Part shown: positions 51,362 through 61,416 of the stretch, one piece after another
Numbering within the stretch: position 1 is the first letter of the stretch
How the letters are laid out: the number at the start of each line of letters is the position of its first letter
Assembly (NCBI GenBank): GCA_963813815.1
Contig: CAWFAD010000016.1
Span: 32,001-96,000 of the forward strand
Direction: 5' to 3'
DNA length: 64,000 bases
From: an uncultured bacterium
Lineage (GTDB): Bacteria > Krumholzibacteriota > Krumholzibacteriia > Krumholzibacteriales > Krumholzibacteriaceae
Translations under genes and position numbers: made by a program
Notes under the pieces: model-generated
What the model saw: the letters and a program-made list of their open reading frames with translations, nothing else
Told to the model about the DNA's origin: nothing
Databases searched by the model: none

Positions 51362-53116
51362 CTATTTGCGGGGCGGTTTCCGAGTCAACTCCGCTAGGAG
51401 CTGCCGGGCCGTTCGCGTGTTGAGGATGTTCTCCTTCGTGAGCCAGCCGCGCCGCGCCGTGCCGACTCCATATATAATGTTCTGGAGCTCCGGAAGGACG
51501 TGCGTGTCGGTGCCGATTGCGATTTTTACGCCGGCCGCGGAGGCGAGGCGGCAGCTGCCGGAGTCGAGGTCGAGCCGCGCCGGGTGGGCGTTGATCTCGA
51601 TGGCCGTGCCGGCGCGCGCCGCGGCGGCGAAGACCTCGGCCATGTCGATTTCGTAGGCGTCGCGGACGCCGATGAGGCGGCCCGTGGGATGCGCGAGAAT
51701 GTGGGCCCGGGGATGATCGATCGCCGCCACGACGCGCCGGGTCATCGCGTCGCGCTTCATCTTGAAGTTCGAATGAACGGCGACATAAACGAGATCGAGC
51801 CTCTCGAGAAGGTCCTCGCGCATGTCGAGCGAGCCGTCCGGGAGGATGTCGACCTCGCTCCCCTTGAGCAGCCGAAAGCCTCGCAGGCGATCGTTGACGG
51901 AGTCGATCTCGTCCATCTGCCGGCGGAGCCGCGCGGGGGAGAGGCCGTTCGCGACATGGAGGCCCTGCGAGTGATCGGTGATGAGCATGTAGGAGTAGCC
52001 GCGCTTCCTCGCGGCGGAGGCTATCTCCTCGAGCGTCGCCTCGCCGTCGCTGTAGCTCGAATGGCAGTGGAGATCCCCCCTGATATCGGAAAGCTCGACG
52101 AGCCGCGGGAGCGATCCCGCGCGCGCCGCCTCGATCTCGCCCGAGTCCTCGCGGATCTCGGGCGGAATGTAGGGAAGCCCGAGCGCCCGGTAGACCTCCT
52201 CCTCGGTCTTTCCCGCCACGCGGATCTCCTTGGCGCCCGCGCGCCCGGCGCCCTTCGCCCCCCGGAACACCCCGTACTCGCTGAGCTTGAGCCCCCGCTC
52301 GATCGCGATCTCGCGGAGACGTATGTTGTGCTCCTTTGAGCCCGTGAAATAGTTGAGCGCCGAGCCGAAAGAGCTCTCCTCGACGACGCGGAGATCGATT
52401 TGAATGCCGTCGCGTGTCACGACGCTCCCCTTGGTCGAGCCCTCGGCGAGAACGCGGGAGACCTCTTCGAGGCGCGCAAAGGCCGCGATCACCTTTTCGG
52501 GCGAAGGGGATGCGCAGAGGATATCGATGTCGCCGACCGTCTCGCGGAATCGCCGAAGGCTTCCCGCCGCCTCGACCTTTTTCACGTCGGGGCGCTTCTC
52601 GAGCTCGGCCACGATGCGCCGCGCGAGCGGAAGGGCGGCTCCTATCGGCGTGCGGCCGAGGGCGCGGCTCAGAAACTCGAGCCCCTTGAGAATATTCTCC
52701 TCGGTCTTGGCCTTCATCTTCGGGAGGTTTTGAATGCGGTGGTCGATGGCGGCCCGACGAAGCTCCTCGAGGGAGGAAACGCCGAGCTCCTCGTGGAGCC
52801 GGACCGCGGTTTTCGGTCCAACCCCGGGGATGCGGAGCATATCGAGGAGGATCGCCGGGGTTTCCTCGCGGAGCTCGTTCAGGTAGCGAATCTCGCCGGT
52901 CTCGATGAACTCGGCGATCTTGGACGCGAGATCCTTGCCGATGCCCGGAAGCTCAGTGAGGGCGTTCTCCGCCGCCGCGTCCTCGATCGGACGGGCGAGC
53001 CCCTCGACGGTCTGCGCCCCGCGCCGATAGGCGTTGATGCGGAAAACATTTTCTCCGCGAAGCTCGAGGATATCGGCGATTTCGCCGAAGAGAGCCGCGA
53101 TGTCCTTGTTCTTCAT
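51362..53116 (-). CDS. polX: DNA polymerase X / PHP 3'-5' exonuclease
   Basis: LPGIGK and IPGVGPK HhH motifs, AGSLRR, GDIDIL, IDLR, YFTGSKEHN, GDLHCHS, ITDHS, AHPTGR, GTDTH. Confidence 0.94.
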   Translation of the reverse strand: MKNKDIAALFGEIADILELRGENVFRINAYRRGAQTVEGLARPIEDAAAENALTELPGIGKDLASKIAEFIETGEIRYLNELREETPAILLDMLRIPGVGPKTAVRLHEELGVSSLEELRRAAIDHRIQNLPKMKAKTEENILKGLEFLSRALGRTPIGAALPLARRIVAELEKRPDVKKVEAAGSLRRFRETVGDIDILCASPSPEKVIAAFARLEEVSRVLAEGSTKGSVVTRDGIQIDLRVVEESSFGSALNYFTGSKEHNIRLREIAIERGLKLSEYGVFRGAKGAGRAGAKEIRVAGKTEEEVYRALGLPYIPPEIREDSGEIEAARAGSLPRLVELSDIRGDLHCHSSYSDGEATLEEIASAARKRGYSYMLITDHSQGLHVANGLSPARLRRQMDEIDSVNDRLRGFRLLKGSEVDILPDGSLDMREDLLERLDLVYVAVHSNFKMKRDAMTRRVVAAIDHPRAHILAHPTGRLIGVRDAYEIDMAEVFAAAARAGTAIEINAHPARLDLDSGSCRLASAAGVKIAIGTDTHVLPELQNIIYGVGTARRGWLTKENILNTRTARQLLAELTRKPPRK

Positions 53117-53226
53117 AATGCCGCCCCGAGGATGAAGGCGCCGGGGCGCGATGATTGTAGCATAGGAGGGCGCGAGGGTAATATAATCTCCTGCGTCGCG
53201 TCCGCGGGGGCGCGGGGGAGATCTCG

Positions 53227-53904
53227 ATGCGCCGAGCAAAACGAAAGGGCGCGGAGGCGGGGCGGGTCCGAGCGGCAGCCTCCTGCGGGCTAGCGCTCCT
53301 CGCCCTGCCGGGCTGCTTCACCTACTCGTCGTATCAATCCGCGCGCATCGTCGAAAAGGGGGGCGCGCAGGGCGCGCTCGCCGTCTCGCGAAGCAGGATC
53401 GTGCGCGAAGGCCCGGACGAAGATACGTGGTGGGCGATCGAGGGGGGCGCGCGTTTCGGGCTCGCCAAGCGAGTGGACGGGTCGTTTCTCCTCTCCCTCT
53501 TCCCGGACGTTCAGGAGGGATGGGGCGCCGCCGTGCTCACGATTGACGTGCGGGGCGGCATCGTCGAGAACTACATCGCGGCGGTGATGCCGGTGAGCGC
53601 GACGCTCGGGGATTCTTACCTCGCGTCGCTTCGCGTGCAGCCGGGCCTCGTCGCGACGCTCCCGCTCGGAGACCGCGCCGAGATAAACGGCTCGGCGCGG
53701 GCGCACATCTTCGTTCGCGCGACGGATCTCTTCGCGATGGGGTACAACGTCGGTCTCGGGCTCAAGAGCGAGTCGGGCGCGTGGACGATCCGCCCCGAGC
53801 TCGGGTGGATGCGTTTCGCCGGGGAGCACGAAGGGTTGACGTACGCGCAGTACGGAATCGGAATGGAATTTCGGGCGCCGCGAAAGAGCGCCGGCAAGGA
53901 GTGA
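53227..53904 (+). CDS. Hypothetical lipoprotein / beta-barrel-like outer-membrane protein
   Basis: Lipobox LPGC, YQSARIV, amphipathic strands. Confidence 0.6.
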   Translation: MRRAKRKGAEAGRVRAAASCGLALLALPGCFTYSSYQSARIVEKGGAQGALAVSRSRIVREGPDEDTWWAIEGGARFGLAKRVDGSFLLSLFPDVQEGWGAAVLTIDVRGGIVENYIAAVMPVSATLGDSYLASLRVQPGLVATLPLGDRAEINGSARAHIFVRATDLFAMGYNVGLGLKSESGAWTIRPELGWMRFAGEHEGLTYAQYGIGMEFRAPRKSAGKE

Positions 53905-53911
53905 GAATCGA

Positions 53912-54829
53912 ATGATCCGGTTATCGAAGAGGCCGCGCCGAGGCGCGCGGCGCATCGCGGCGGGAGTCCTCGCGGCCGCGTCGCTCGCGTGCGCCGGCTG
54001 CGGGCGCGGAAAGCCGGAGGGATTCGTCGGCTCGGGAACCCTCGAGGCGACCGAGGTCGTCGTGAGCGCCCAAACCGGAGGACAGGTGCTTCGCCTCATG
54101 AAACGGGAGGGGGACGCCGTTTCCACGGGCGACACGCTGGCGATCGTCGACGTCGAAAAGCTCGCTCTCGAGCGGCGCCGGCTCGGGTCGAGCATCGACG
54201 AGATCACGGCGAGCCGCCTCCCCGTCGCCGAATCGGTGAAGCAGGCGCGGGAGCATCTCGACAACACCGAGAAGAGCTACGGGCGCATCAAGGCGCTCTT
54301 CGACGCGGGCACGGCGACGCAGCAGCAGTACGACGACGTCTCGACGAAGTACCGGCTCGCCGAGAGCCAGCTCGTCTCCGCCAAGGCGCAGGAGAAAACG
54401 CTCGACGCGCGAGAGGAAACGGTGCGGGCGTCGATCGCGCTCCTCGACCGGCAGATACGGGACGGGGCCGTCACGGCTCCCGTTTCGGGAGTCGTCGCCG
54501 AGAGATACGTCGAGGCGGGGGAAATGGCGCCCACGGGCGGCGCGGTCTTCAAGATCGTCGACCTCTCGGATTTCTGGATCAAGGTGTACGCGGGGGAGAA
54601 GGATCTCGGGGCCTTCGCGCTCGGGGCCGGGGTACGCGTCGTGGTCGACGCGCTCGAGACTCCGCTCGAGGGCGTCGTCTCGTGGGTCTCGCCGGAGGCG
54701 GAGTTCACGCCGAAGAACGTCGAAACGCGCGACGCCCGCGCCGAGCTCGTCTACGCGGTGAAGGTCGCCGTCACGGCGCCGCCCGCCGCGCTCAAGATCG
54801 GGATGCCGGCGGAAGTGTACGTGAAATGA
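53912..54829 (+). CDS. HlyD/YbhG-family membrane fusion protein
   Basis: SGTLEATEV, coiled coil, AEFTPKNVET, LKIGMPAEV. Confidence 0.9.
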   Translation: MIRLSKRPRRGARRIAAGVLAAASLACAGCGRGKPEGFVGSGTLEATEVVVSAQTGGQVLRLMKREGDAVSTGDTLAIVDVEKLALERRRLGSSIDEITASRLPVAESVKQAREHLDNTEKSYGRIKALFDAGTATQQQYDDVSTKYRLAESQLVSAKAQEKTLDAREETVRASIALLDRQIRDGAVTAPVSGVVAERYVEAGEMAPTGGAVFKIVDLSDFWIKVYAGEKDLGAFALGAGVRVVVDALETPLEGVVSWVSPEAEFTPKNVETRDARAELVYAVKVAVTAPPAALKIGMPAEVYVK

Positions 54830-55749
54830 GCGACCTCGCGATTCGCGTCGAGGGACTTAAGAAAAGCTTCGGCGACACGGCCGCCCTCGTCGAGGCGAGC
54901 TTCGAGGTGCGCTCGGGGGAGATGTTCGGCCTCATCGGCCCGGACGGCGCGGGCAAGACCACCCTCTTTCGCATTCTCACGACGCTCATCGATCCCGACG
55001 CCGGCGAGGCCGAGGTGCTCGGGGCCTCGGTGCGCCGGGAGCCGGAGCGGATCCGCGAGGCCGTCGGATACATGCCGCAGCATTTCTCCCTCTATCAAGA
55101 CCTCAGCGTCGCCGAGAACATGCGTTTCTTCGCGGACCTCTTCGGCGTGCGGGCGGTCGAGCGGCGCCGGCGCACGGAGGAGCTCCTCGCCTTCAGCCGC
55201 CTCGGTCCCTTCGTCAAGCGCAGGGCCGGGGCGCTCTCGGGAGGAATGAAACAAAAGCTCGCCCTCTCGTGCGCCCTCATCCATACGCCGCGGCTCCTCG
55301 TTCTCGACGAGCCGACGACCGGGGTTGACCCCGTCTCGCGGCGCGACTTCTGGGAGATGCTCGAAGGGCTCCGCGGGCAGGGGGTCACGATCGTCGTATC
55401 GACGCCGTACATGAACGAGGCCGCCCTCTGCGGCCGAATGGCGTTCATTCACAAGGGAAGGCTGCTCGCGACGGGAAGCGCCGGGGAGATCGCGAGCCTT
55501 TTCGCGGGAAAGGTGTACGCCCTCGACGGGCCGAGCCTCGGGGCGATAGCGGCCTCGCTCAAGAAGATCCTGCGGCCGGAGCTCGTGCGGATTCTCGGCG
55601 ACCGCGTGCAGGCGATCGTTCTCGAGAACGGCCGGGAGGACGCCGAACGCGCCTTCGCGGCGGCGCGGGAGGGAGGGCTTCTCGACGGTCCTCCGCGCGA
55701 GGCGGCGCCGGACGTCGAGGACGCCTTCATCGCCCTCATGAGGGAATGA
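54826..55749 (+). CDS. ABC transporter ATP-binding protein (YbhF-like, part 1)
   Basis: GPDGAGKTT, LSGGMKQKL, LDEPTTGVDP. Confidence 0.92.
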   Translation: MSDLAIRVEGLKKSFGDTAALVEASFEVRSGEMFGLIGPDGAGKTTLFRILTTLIDPDAGEAEVLGASVRREPERIREAVGYMPQHFSLYQDLSVAENMRFFADLFGVRAVERRRRTEELLAFSRLGPFVKRRAGALSGGMKQKLALSCALIHTPRLLVLDEPTTGVDPVSRRDFWEMLEGLRGQGVTIVVSTPYMNEAALCGRMAFIHKGRLLATGSAGEIASLFAGKVYALDGPSLGAIAASLKKILRPELVRILGDRVQAIVLENGREDAERAFAAAREGGLLDGPPREAAPDVEDAFIALMRE

Positions 55750-55766
55750 GCCGGAGAGAGCAACTC

Positions 55767-56504
55767 ATGGCGAACGACGTCGAATACTCCGTCCGCGTGC
55801 GGGAGCTCACGAAACGCTTCGGAGATTTCACCGCGGTCGATCGCGTCTCGTTCGAGGTGCGCCGCGGCGAGATTTTCGGGCTGCTCGGGGCGAACGGCGC
55901 CGGCAAGACGACGACGATCCGCATGCTCACGGGGCTCCTGCGCCCGACCTCGGGCGAAGGAACGGTCGCCGGGCTCGACGTCGACACGCAATACGACGAG
56001 ATCAAGAAGAGGATCGGCTACATGTCGCAGCGGTTCTCCCTCTACGGGGATCTCACCGTGGGAGAGAACCTCGAATTTTTCGGCCGGGTGTACGGGCTCG
56101 CCTCCCGCGAGATCGACGCGCGCATCGAGGAGCTCGAGGGCGATCTCGGCGTGAAGGACCACCTCCGCCGCCGCACCTGCGCGATCCCGCTCGGATTCAA
56201 GCAGCGTCTCGCGCTCGGGGCCGCCATACTCCATCGACCCGCCGTGCTCTTTCTCGACGAGCCGACCTCGGGGGTCGATCCGATAGCGAGGCGGCATTTC
56301 TGGGAGATCATCAATGGGCTCGCGGAGGGCGGGATCACCGTTCTCGTGACGACGCACTACATGGACGAGGCGGAGTACTGCAACAGGCTCTTCGTCATGC
56401 ACGCGGGGCGGATCGTGAGCATCGGCTCGCCCGCGGAGCTCAAGACGAGGCACGGCGGCCGTTCGATCGAGGAGGTCTTCGTGGGCCTCGTGGGGGAGAG
56501 ATAG
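55767..56504 (+). CDS. ABC transporter ATP-binding protein (YbhF-like, part 2)
   Basis: GANGAGKTT, PLGFKQRL, LDEPTSGVDP, TTHYMDEAE. Confidence 0.92.
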   Translation: MANDVEYSVRVRELTKRFGDFTAVDRVSFEVRRGEIFGLLGANGAGKTTTIRMLTGLLRPTSGEGTVAGLDVDTQYDEIKKRIGYMSQRFSLYGDLTVGENLEFFGRVYGLASREIDARIEELEGDLGVKDHLRRRTCAIPLGFKQRLALGAAILHRPAVLFLDEPTSGVDPIARRHFWEIINGLAEGGITVLVTTHYMDEAEYCNRLFVMHAGRIVSIGSPAELKTRHGGRSIEEVFVGLVGER

Positions 56505-57713
56505 ATGGCGCGGGGAGGATCGAGAATCGGGGCGCTCGCGGCGAAGGAGTTCCGCCACATCATGCGCGACCCGCGCTCGCTCTGGATTATCTTCATGCTC
56601 CCGATCGTCATGATATTTCTCTTCGGGTACGCGATCGACCTCGACGTCACGAATGCGCGACTCGCCCTCTGCGACCGGAGCGGCACGCCCGCGAGCCGGG
56701 CGCTCGTCCGGGATCTCGAAGCGTCGAGCTACTTCACGGTCGCCGCGCGCTGCGGCGATCCCTCCGAGACGGAACGGCTCTTCAAGCGCCGGGCCGTGCA
56801 CGCCGCCCTCGTCATCCCGGAGGACTACGAGCGGAGCCTCGAGCGGGAGGGAAGGGCGGAGCTCGGGCTCGTCATCGACGGGAGCGACGCGAACACGGCG
56901 TCCCTCATACAGAACTACCTCGAGGCTTTCCTCGCGACGCGCTCGCCGGCCGGAGAGGGCGCCGGCGGAGCGGAACCTCCCGTCTCGGTCCGGCCGACGA
57001 TCCTCTACAACCGCGCGATGGAGTCGACGAACTTCATCGTGCCGGGGATCGCGGCGATCGTCATGATGATGCTCGGGGCGCTCCTCACCTCCGTGGCGAT
57101 AGTCCGCGAGAAAGAGACCGGCACGATGGAGCAGATTCTCGTGAGCCCCGTTCGAAGCCACGAGGTGATCCTCGGCAAGGTCCTCCCGTACCTCGCGCTC
57201 GCGTTCTGCGTGGCGGCCATGGTCGTGGCGGTGGGGCATTTCCATTTCCACGTGCCTTTCGCCGGCTCGCGGGCGCTCCTCATGCTGTACTTCGTGCTGT
57301 ATATCTTTACGGCGCTCTCGCTCGGGCTCCTCGTTTCGACGATCGCCGCCACCCAGCAGGTGGCCATGATGGCCTCGCTCATGGTGACGCTCCTTCCGAC
57401 GATCATGCTCTCCGGGTTCATCTTCCCGACGGCATCGATGCCCACGCCGCTGCGATACGTCTCGAACGCGCTGCCGGCGACGCATTTCCTCGTCATCATC
57501 CGGGGAATCATGCTGAAGGGTTCCGGGCCGGCCGAGCTCGCGGGCCACGGCGCCGCGCTCGCGGGGATCGGCGCCGTGCTCATGACGATCGCGATGAAGC
57601 GCTTCAGCCTGAAGCTCACGCGGAAAGGCGACGGGGGGGTAGATCGCTCGTGCGCGGAGTTCTCAGTCTCGTCCGCAAGGAGCTGCGGCAGATCTTCCGG
57701 GATCCGAACATGA
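56505..57713 (+). CDS. ABC-2 permease (YbhS-like); the true stop may be near 57642
   Basis: KEFRHIMRDPR, DGSDAN, REKETGTME, LSGFIFP. Dropping one G from the G7 run at 57633-39 puts TAG in frame. Confidence 0.88.
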   Translation: MARGGSRIGALAAKEFRHIMRDPRSLWIIFMLPIVMIFLFGYAIDLDVTNARLALCDRSGTPASRALVRDLEASSYFTVAARCGDPSETERLFKRRAVHAALVIPEDYERSLEREGRAELGLVIDGSDANTASLIQNYLEAFLATRSPAGEGAGGAEPPVSVRPTILYNRAMESTNFIVPGIAAIVMMMLGALLTSVAIVREKETGTMEQILVSPVRSHEVILGKVLPYLALAFCVAAMVVAVGHFHFHVPFAGSRALLMLYFVLYIFTALSLGLLVSTIAATQQVAMMASLMVTLLPTIMLSGFIFPTASMPTPLRYVSNALPATHFLVIIRGIMLKGSGPAELAGHGAALAGIGAVLMTIAMKRFSLKLTRKGDGGVDRSCAEFSVSSARSCGRSSGIRT

Positions 57714-58792
57714 TCCGGATCATCTTTTTCATGCCGCTCATGCAGCTCTTCGTCCTCGGCTACGCGATCACCTTCGACATCAAGAACCTTTCGCTCGCCG
57801 CGATCGACCGGGACGGATCGTCGGCGAGCCGGGCGCTCTACGATCGCTTCGCGCACAGCGAGCATTTCAGGGCGCGGCGGATCGCCGATCCGGGGGGCGG
57901 GATCGAGGAGGTTCTGCGGCGCGGGGAGGCGGTGATCGCGATCGTCGTGCCGGAGGGGTTCGGCCGCGATCTCGAGTCGGGGAAAACGGCGGAGGTGCAG
58001 GTCCTCCTCGACGGGCAGAACTCGAACACGGCGGGCGTGGCGCTCGGCTACTGCAGCCGGATCGTGAACCGCTTCATGCAGGATCGCGCCGCGGAGGCGC
58101 GGGCGAAAGCGGGGCCGCGCGCCGCGGCCGGCATCCGGCGCGGGGTCCGCGTCGTCGCGGCGGAAACGCGGATCTGGTACAACCCCGAGCTGCGGAGCGT
58201 CTATTTCATGATTCCCGGGATCATCACGATCCTGCTCACCGTGATCACGATGCTCCTCACGGGGCTCGCCATCGTGAAGGAGCGGGAGGCGGGCACGCTC
58301 GAGCAGCTCCTCGTGACGCCGCTCCGGCCGTGGCAGATCATCGCCGGCAAGACGATCCCGTTCGCCCTCGTGGGGATCGCCGAAATGGCGATCGCGACCA
58401 CGATCGGCGTGCTCTGGTTCGGGATTCCCGTTCTCGGGAACGTGGCCCTCTTGGCGCTCATCGCCTTTTGCTTCATCCTCACGACCCTCGGGCTCGGGGT
58501 GTTCATATCGACGGTGGCGGGGACGCAGCAGCAGGCGCTCTTCGTCACGTGGTTCTTCCTCCAGATCTTCGTGCTCCTGAGCGGGCTCTTTTACCCGATC
58601 GAGAATATGCCCGCCTGGGTCCAGATCGCGACCCGCATCAACCCCGTCCGCTACCTCGTCACGGTGAACAGGGAGCTCCTCCTCAAGGGGGCCGGTATCG
58701 CCGAGCTCTGGCCCGAGCTCGCCTGGCTCCTCGGAATCGGCCTCTCCGTCTTCACCTTCGCGACGCTCCGGTTTCACAAACGGGCGGCGTGA
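57650..58792 (+). CDS. ABC-2 permease (YbhR-like)
   Basis: KELRQIFRDP, WYNPEL, KEREAGTLEQL, LSGLFYPIENMP. Confidence 0.9.
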   Translation: MRGVLSLVRKELRQIFRDPNMIRIIFFMPLMQLFVLGYAITFDIKNLSLAAIDRDGSSASRALYDRFAHSEHFRARRIADPGGGIEEVLRRGEAVIAIVVPEGFGRDLESGKTAEVQVLLDGQNSNTAGVALGYCSRIVNRFMQDRAAEARAKAGPRAAAGIRRGVRVVAAETRIWYNPELRSVYFMIPGIITILLTVITMLLTGLAIVKEREAGTLEQLLVTPLRPWQIIAGKTIPFALVGIAEMAIATTIGVLWFGIPVLGNVALLALIAFCFILTTLGLGVFISTVAGTQQQALFVTWFFLQIFVLLSGLFYPIENMPAWVQIATRINPVRYLVTVNRELLLKGAGIAELWPELAWLLGIGLSVFTFATLRFHKRAA

Positions 58793-58899
58793 GGGTGCGA
58801 ACCGGCGCCGAGGAGCCCCGAGCGATTTTGTTTGTCCGGGGACGGTCGATCCTTTATCATTAATATCGGCCTTTGGTTTCACCGATTCAGCGGTGTGCT

Positions 58900-61416
58900 A
58901 TGCGCTTCGCAGTTAAAAAATCTTACGCCATCGCGCTTCTCTTCGCCTGCGCGGGCCTCGCGCTCATAGCCGCACTCTCGACCTCGCCGGGCAGCCCTGC
59001 GGCGCAGGATAGGGACGAGGAGTCGCTCGACAAGGCCGAAACGATCCAGCGCACCCTCATTCTCGACGGCAGCCGCATCCACTTCGCGGGCGAGCTCCAG
59101 ATGAACGTCACGAATTTCGGATTCTTCGGATCGCTTCCGAAGAGCACCTACGTCATGTCGGAGGCCCCCTCGGCGCAATGGCCGGCGGGGAGCGGCGTCG
59201 AGTACCTCTACGCCGCCGGGCTCTGGGTGGCGGCCGAGGTCGACGGGGTTCCGTCCGTTTCGACCGGGTACCCGCAAACGGAGTTCTACCCCTCCGACGA
59301 CGCGACGGCCGTCATCTACCGCTCGTTCGAGGGGGCCGCGGGCGGCAGGCGCTATCCCGCGGATCCCGACGACGACCGCGACGGCGAAATCGACGAGGAC
59401 CCGCTCAACGGCCGCGACGACGATCGCGACGGCCTCGTCGACGAGGACTTCGCGGCCGCCGGAAAGCTCATGTACTCCTGCGAGTACAGCGACGTCGAGG
59501 TGTCGGCGCAGCAGGTGTGGCCCGAGCACAATCCTCTCGGCATCCACGTGCTGCAGGAGAGCTACCAGTGGAGCGAAGAGGCGCTCAACGACTTCGTGGC
59601 CGCGAGCTACCTGATCACGAACGAGAGCTACCGGTTCCTGAACAGCGCCTACATCGGCCTCTTCGCGGACCTCGACGCCGGACACCGGGATCTCGGCGCG
59701 TATTACAAGGACGATCTCGTCGGATCGTGGGAGGGCATCTGGTGCGCGCCGGTGAGCGGCGTCGAGCTTCCGCAGCGCGTGCGCATCGTGTACGTGCACG
59801 ACAACGACGGCGACGAGGGGCGCACGCCGGGGTACTTCGGCGTCGCGTTCTTCGGCATGAGGGAGTACGGCTCGGGCTACTATGCGAATATGGGCGGCGG
59901 ACTCAGCTCCATCAGATACTTCGCGGGGCTTCTCCCGTACGACCGGGGGGGAGAGCCGGTGAACGATTTTCAGCGCTACGCGGCCATGTCGAGCGGCGTG
60001 AGCGACGCCGATCCCGACGTGCCCAAGGATTACAAGGCGCTCATGAGCGCGGGACCCTTTTTCATTCCTCCGGGGGTCACCTTCGCCTTCGACGTCGCGT
60101 TCGTGGCCGGCGGGACCCTCGACGAGCTGCTCGACAACGCAGCGACGGCGACCCGCGTGTACTGCGGCGTCTACGCCGACGGGGACCGGAATCCCAACAC
60201 CGGCGTTCGGGGGCGAGAGGGGTTCATCGTCGGCCCCTCGGATCCGGATCAGGGCATCGATCCCGATCCGTGCGACAACATCGCCGAGAGCATCGTGCTC
60301 TCCAAGCGGGAGACCCTCTGGTGCAATTTCGATTGTCAGGAGGAGAAGCTCCTGTGGAGCTACCCCTGCTACAAAGGGTCCATGACCTTTCTGCAATTTC
60401 AGAGCGGGTCGTACGGGAAGGAGCTCCCGGTGCGATGGATCACGAGCACGGCGCCGCCGGCGCCGGCGCTGCGGGCCGTCGCGGGGGACAACAGCGTCAC
60501 CCTCCTCTGGGACAACACGAGCGAGGTCACACCCGACGCCATTACGCGCCAGTACGATTTCGAGGGATACCGAGTCTATCGCGCGCACGACTGGCACCGG
60601 CCGCTCGGGTCGACCGTCGCGAGCGGTCCGAGCGACGAGCTCTGGTACCTCATCGACAGCCGCGATCTCGTGAACGGCGTGCCGCCGGACCAGAATCTCC
60701 AGCTGCCGTGGAAGGACGGCGGGTTCGAATACGATCCCCTCGGCCGTCTCGACGAGCGGGAACGGAGCCACTACATCGAGGCGTTCGAGCAGGGCCTCCT
60801 GCACGATCCGCTCTCGAGCCCGCCCTGTCCGCCGGGATTCACCGTGGAGGAATGCGACACCCTCGAGGCCCTCGCCCGGTGGAGCATCGGCTACGAAGGC
60901 GGCCGCCGCTACTACCGCTACGTCGATCCCGACGCCAAGAACGGGCTTCCCTATTTTTACGCGGTGGTCGCGTACGACCACGTCATTGTCGACGGCGAAG
61001 CGACGGGCGTGAATCTCGGCGATACGCCGATCGCGAACTTCGTGTACGTCACTCCGCGATCGAGCTCGCAGGCGGACGGCGAGTTCCGGAGCGAAGACGT
61101 CTACGTCGTGCCGAACCCCGTGACGGGAGCAAACACGGCGCCGTGGAAGCTCGAACCGAACAACGCGGATCCGTCGGGGGACAAGTGCGAGTTTCGCAAT
61201 CTCCCGCGCTGCCGCAGCGTCGTGCGGATCTACTCGGTGGCCGGAGATCTCGTCCAAACGCTGTATCACGACGGCTCGTCGGGCGTCGGCACGCTCTCGT
61301 GGGATCTCATGTCCCGGAACGGGCAGAGCGTGACGAGCGGCGTGTACCTCTTCTCCGTCGAGAGCGAAGACGGCAGGTTTCCCCGGGTGATCGGAAAGTT
61401 CGTGGTGATACGATGA
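58900..61416 (+). CDS. Large secreted protein with Asp-rich Ca-binding loops, FN3-like domain and T9SS/FlgD-like C-terminal domain
   Basis: Signal peptide, WPAGSGVEYLY, DDDRDGEIDED and DDDRDGLVDED, APPAP...VTLLWD...FEGYRVYR, VYVVPNP...IYSVAGDLV...SGVYLF...GKFVVIR. Confidence 0.75.
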   Translation: MRFAVKKSYAIALLFACAGLALIAALSTSPGSPAAQDRDEESLDKAETIQRTLILDGSRIHFAGELQMNVTNFGFFGSLPKSTYVMSEAPSAQWPAGSGVEYLYAAGLWVAAEVDGVPSVSTGYPQTEFYPSDDATAVIYRSFEGAAGGRRYPADPDDDRDGEIDEDPLNGRDDDRDGLVDEDFAAAGKLMYSCEYSDVEVSAQQVWPEHNPLGIHVLQESYQWSEEALNDFVAASYLITNESYRFLNSAYIGLFADLDAGHRDLGAYYKDDLVGSWEGIWCAPVSGVELPQRVRIVYVHDNDGDEGRTPGYFGVAFFGMREYGSGYYANMGGGLSSIRYFAGLLPYDRGGEPVNDFQRYAAMSSGVSDADPDVPKDYKALMSAGPFFIPPGVTFAFDVAFVAGGTLDELLDNAATATRVYCGVYADGDRNPNTGVRGREGFIVGPSDPDQGIDPDPCDNIAESIVLSKRETLWCNFDCQEEKLLWSYPCYKGSMTFLQFQSGSYGKELPVRWITSTAPPAPALRAVAGDNSVTLLWDNTSEVTPDAITRQYDFEGYRVYRAHDWHRPLGSTVASGPSDELWYLIDSRDLVNGVPPDQNLQLPWKDGGFEYDPLGRLDERERSHYIEAFEQGLLHDPLSSPPCPPGFTVEECDTLEALARWSIGYEGGRRYYRYVDPDAKNGLPYFYAVVAYDHVIVDGEATGVNLGDTPIANFVYVTPRSSSQADGEFRSEDVYVVPNPVTGANTAPWKLEPNNADPSGDKCEFRNLPRCRSVVRIYSVAGDLVQTLYHDGSSGVGTLSWDLMSRNGQSVTSGVYLFSVESEDGRFPRVIGKFVVIR

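Noticed and set aside
59178..61412. N-terminal half of the 1494-aa ORF
   Set aside because: Off-frame shadow of the 58900..61416 gene. The real protein starts at 61413.
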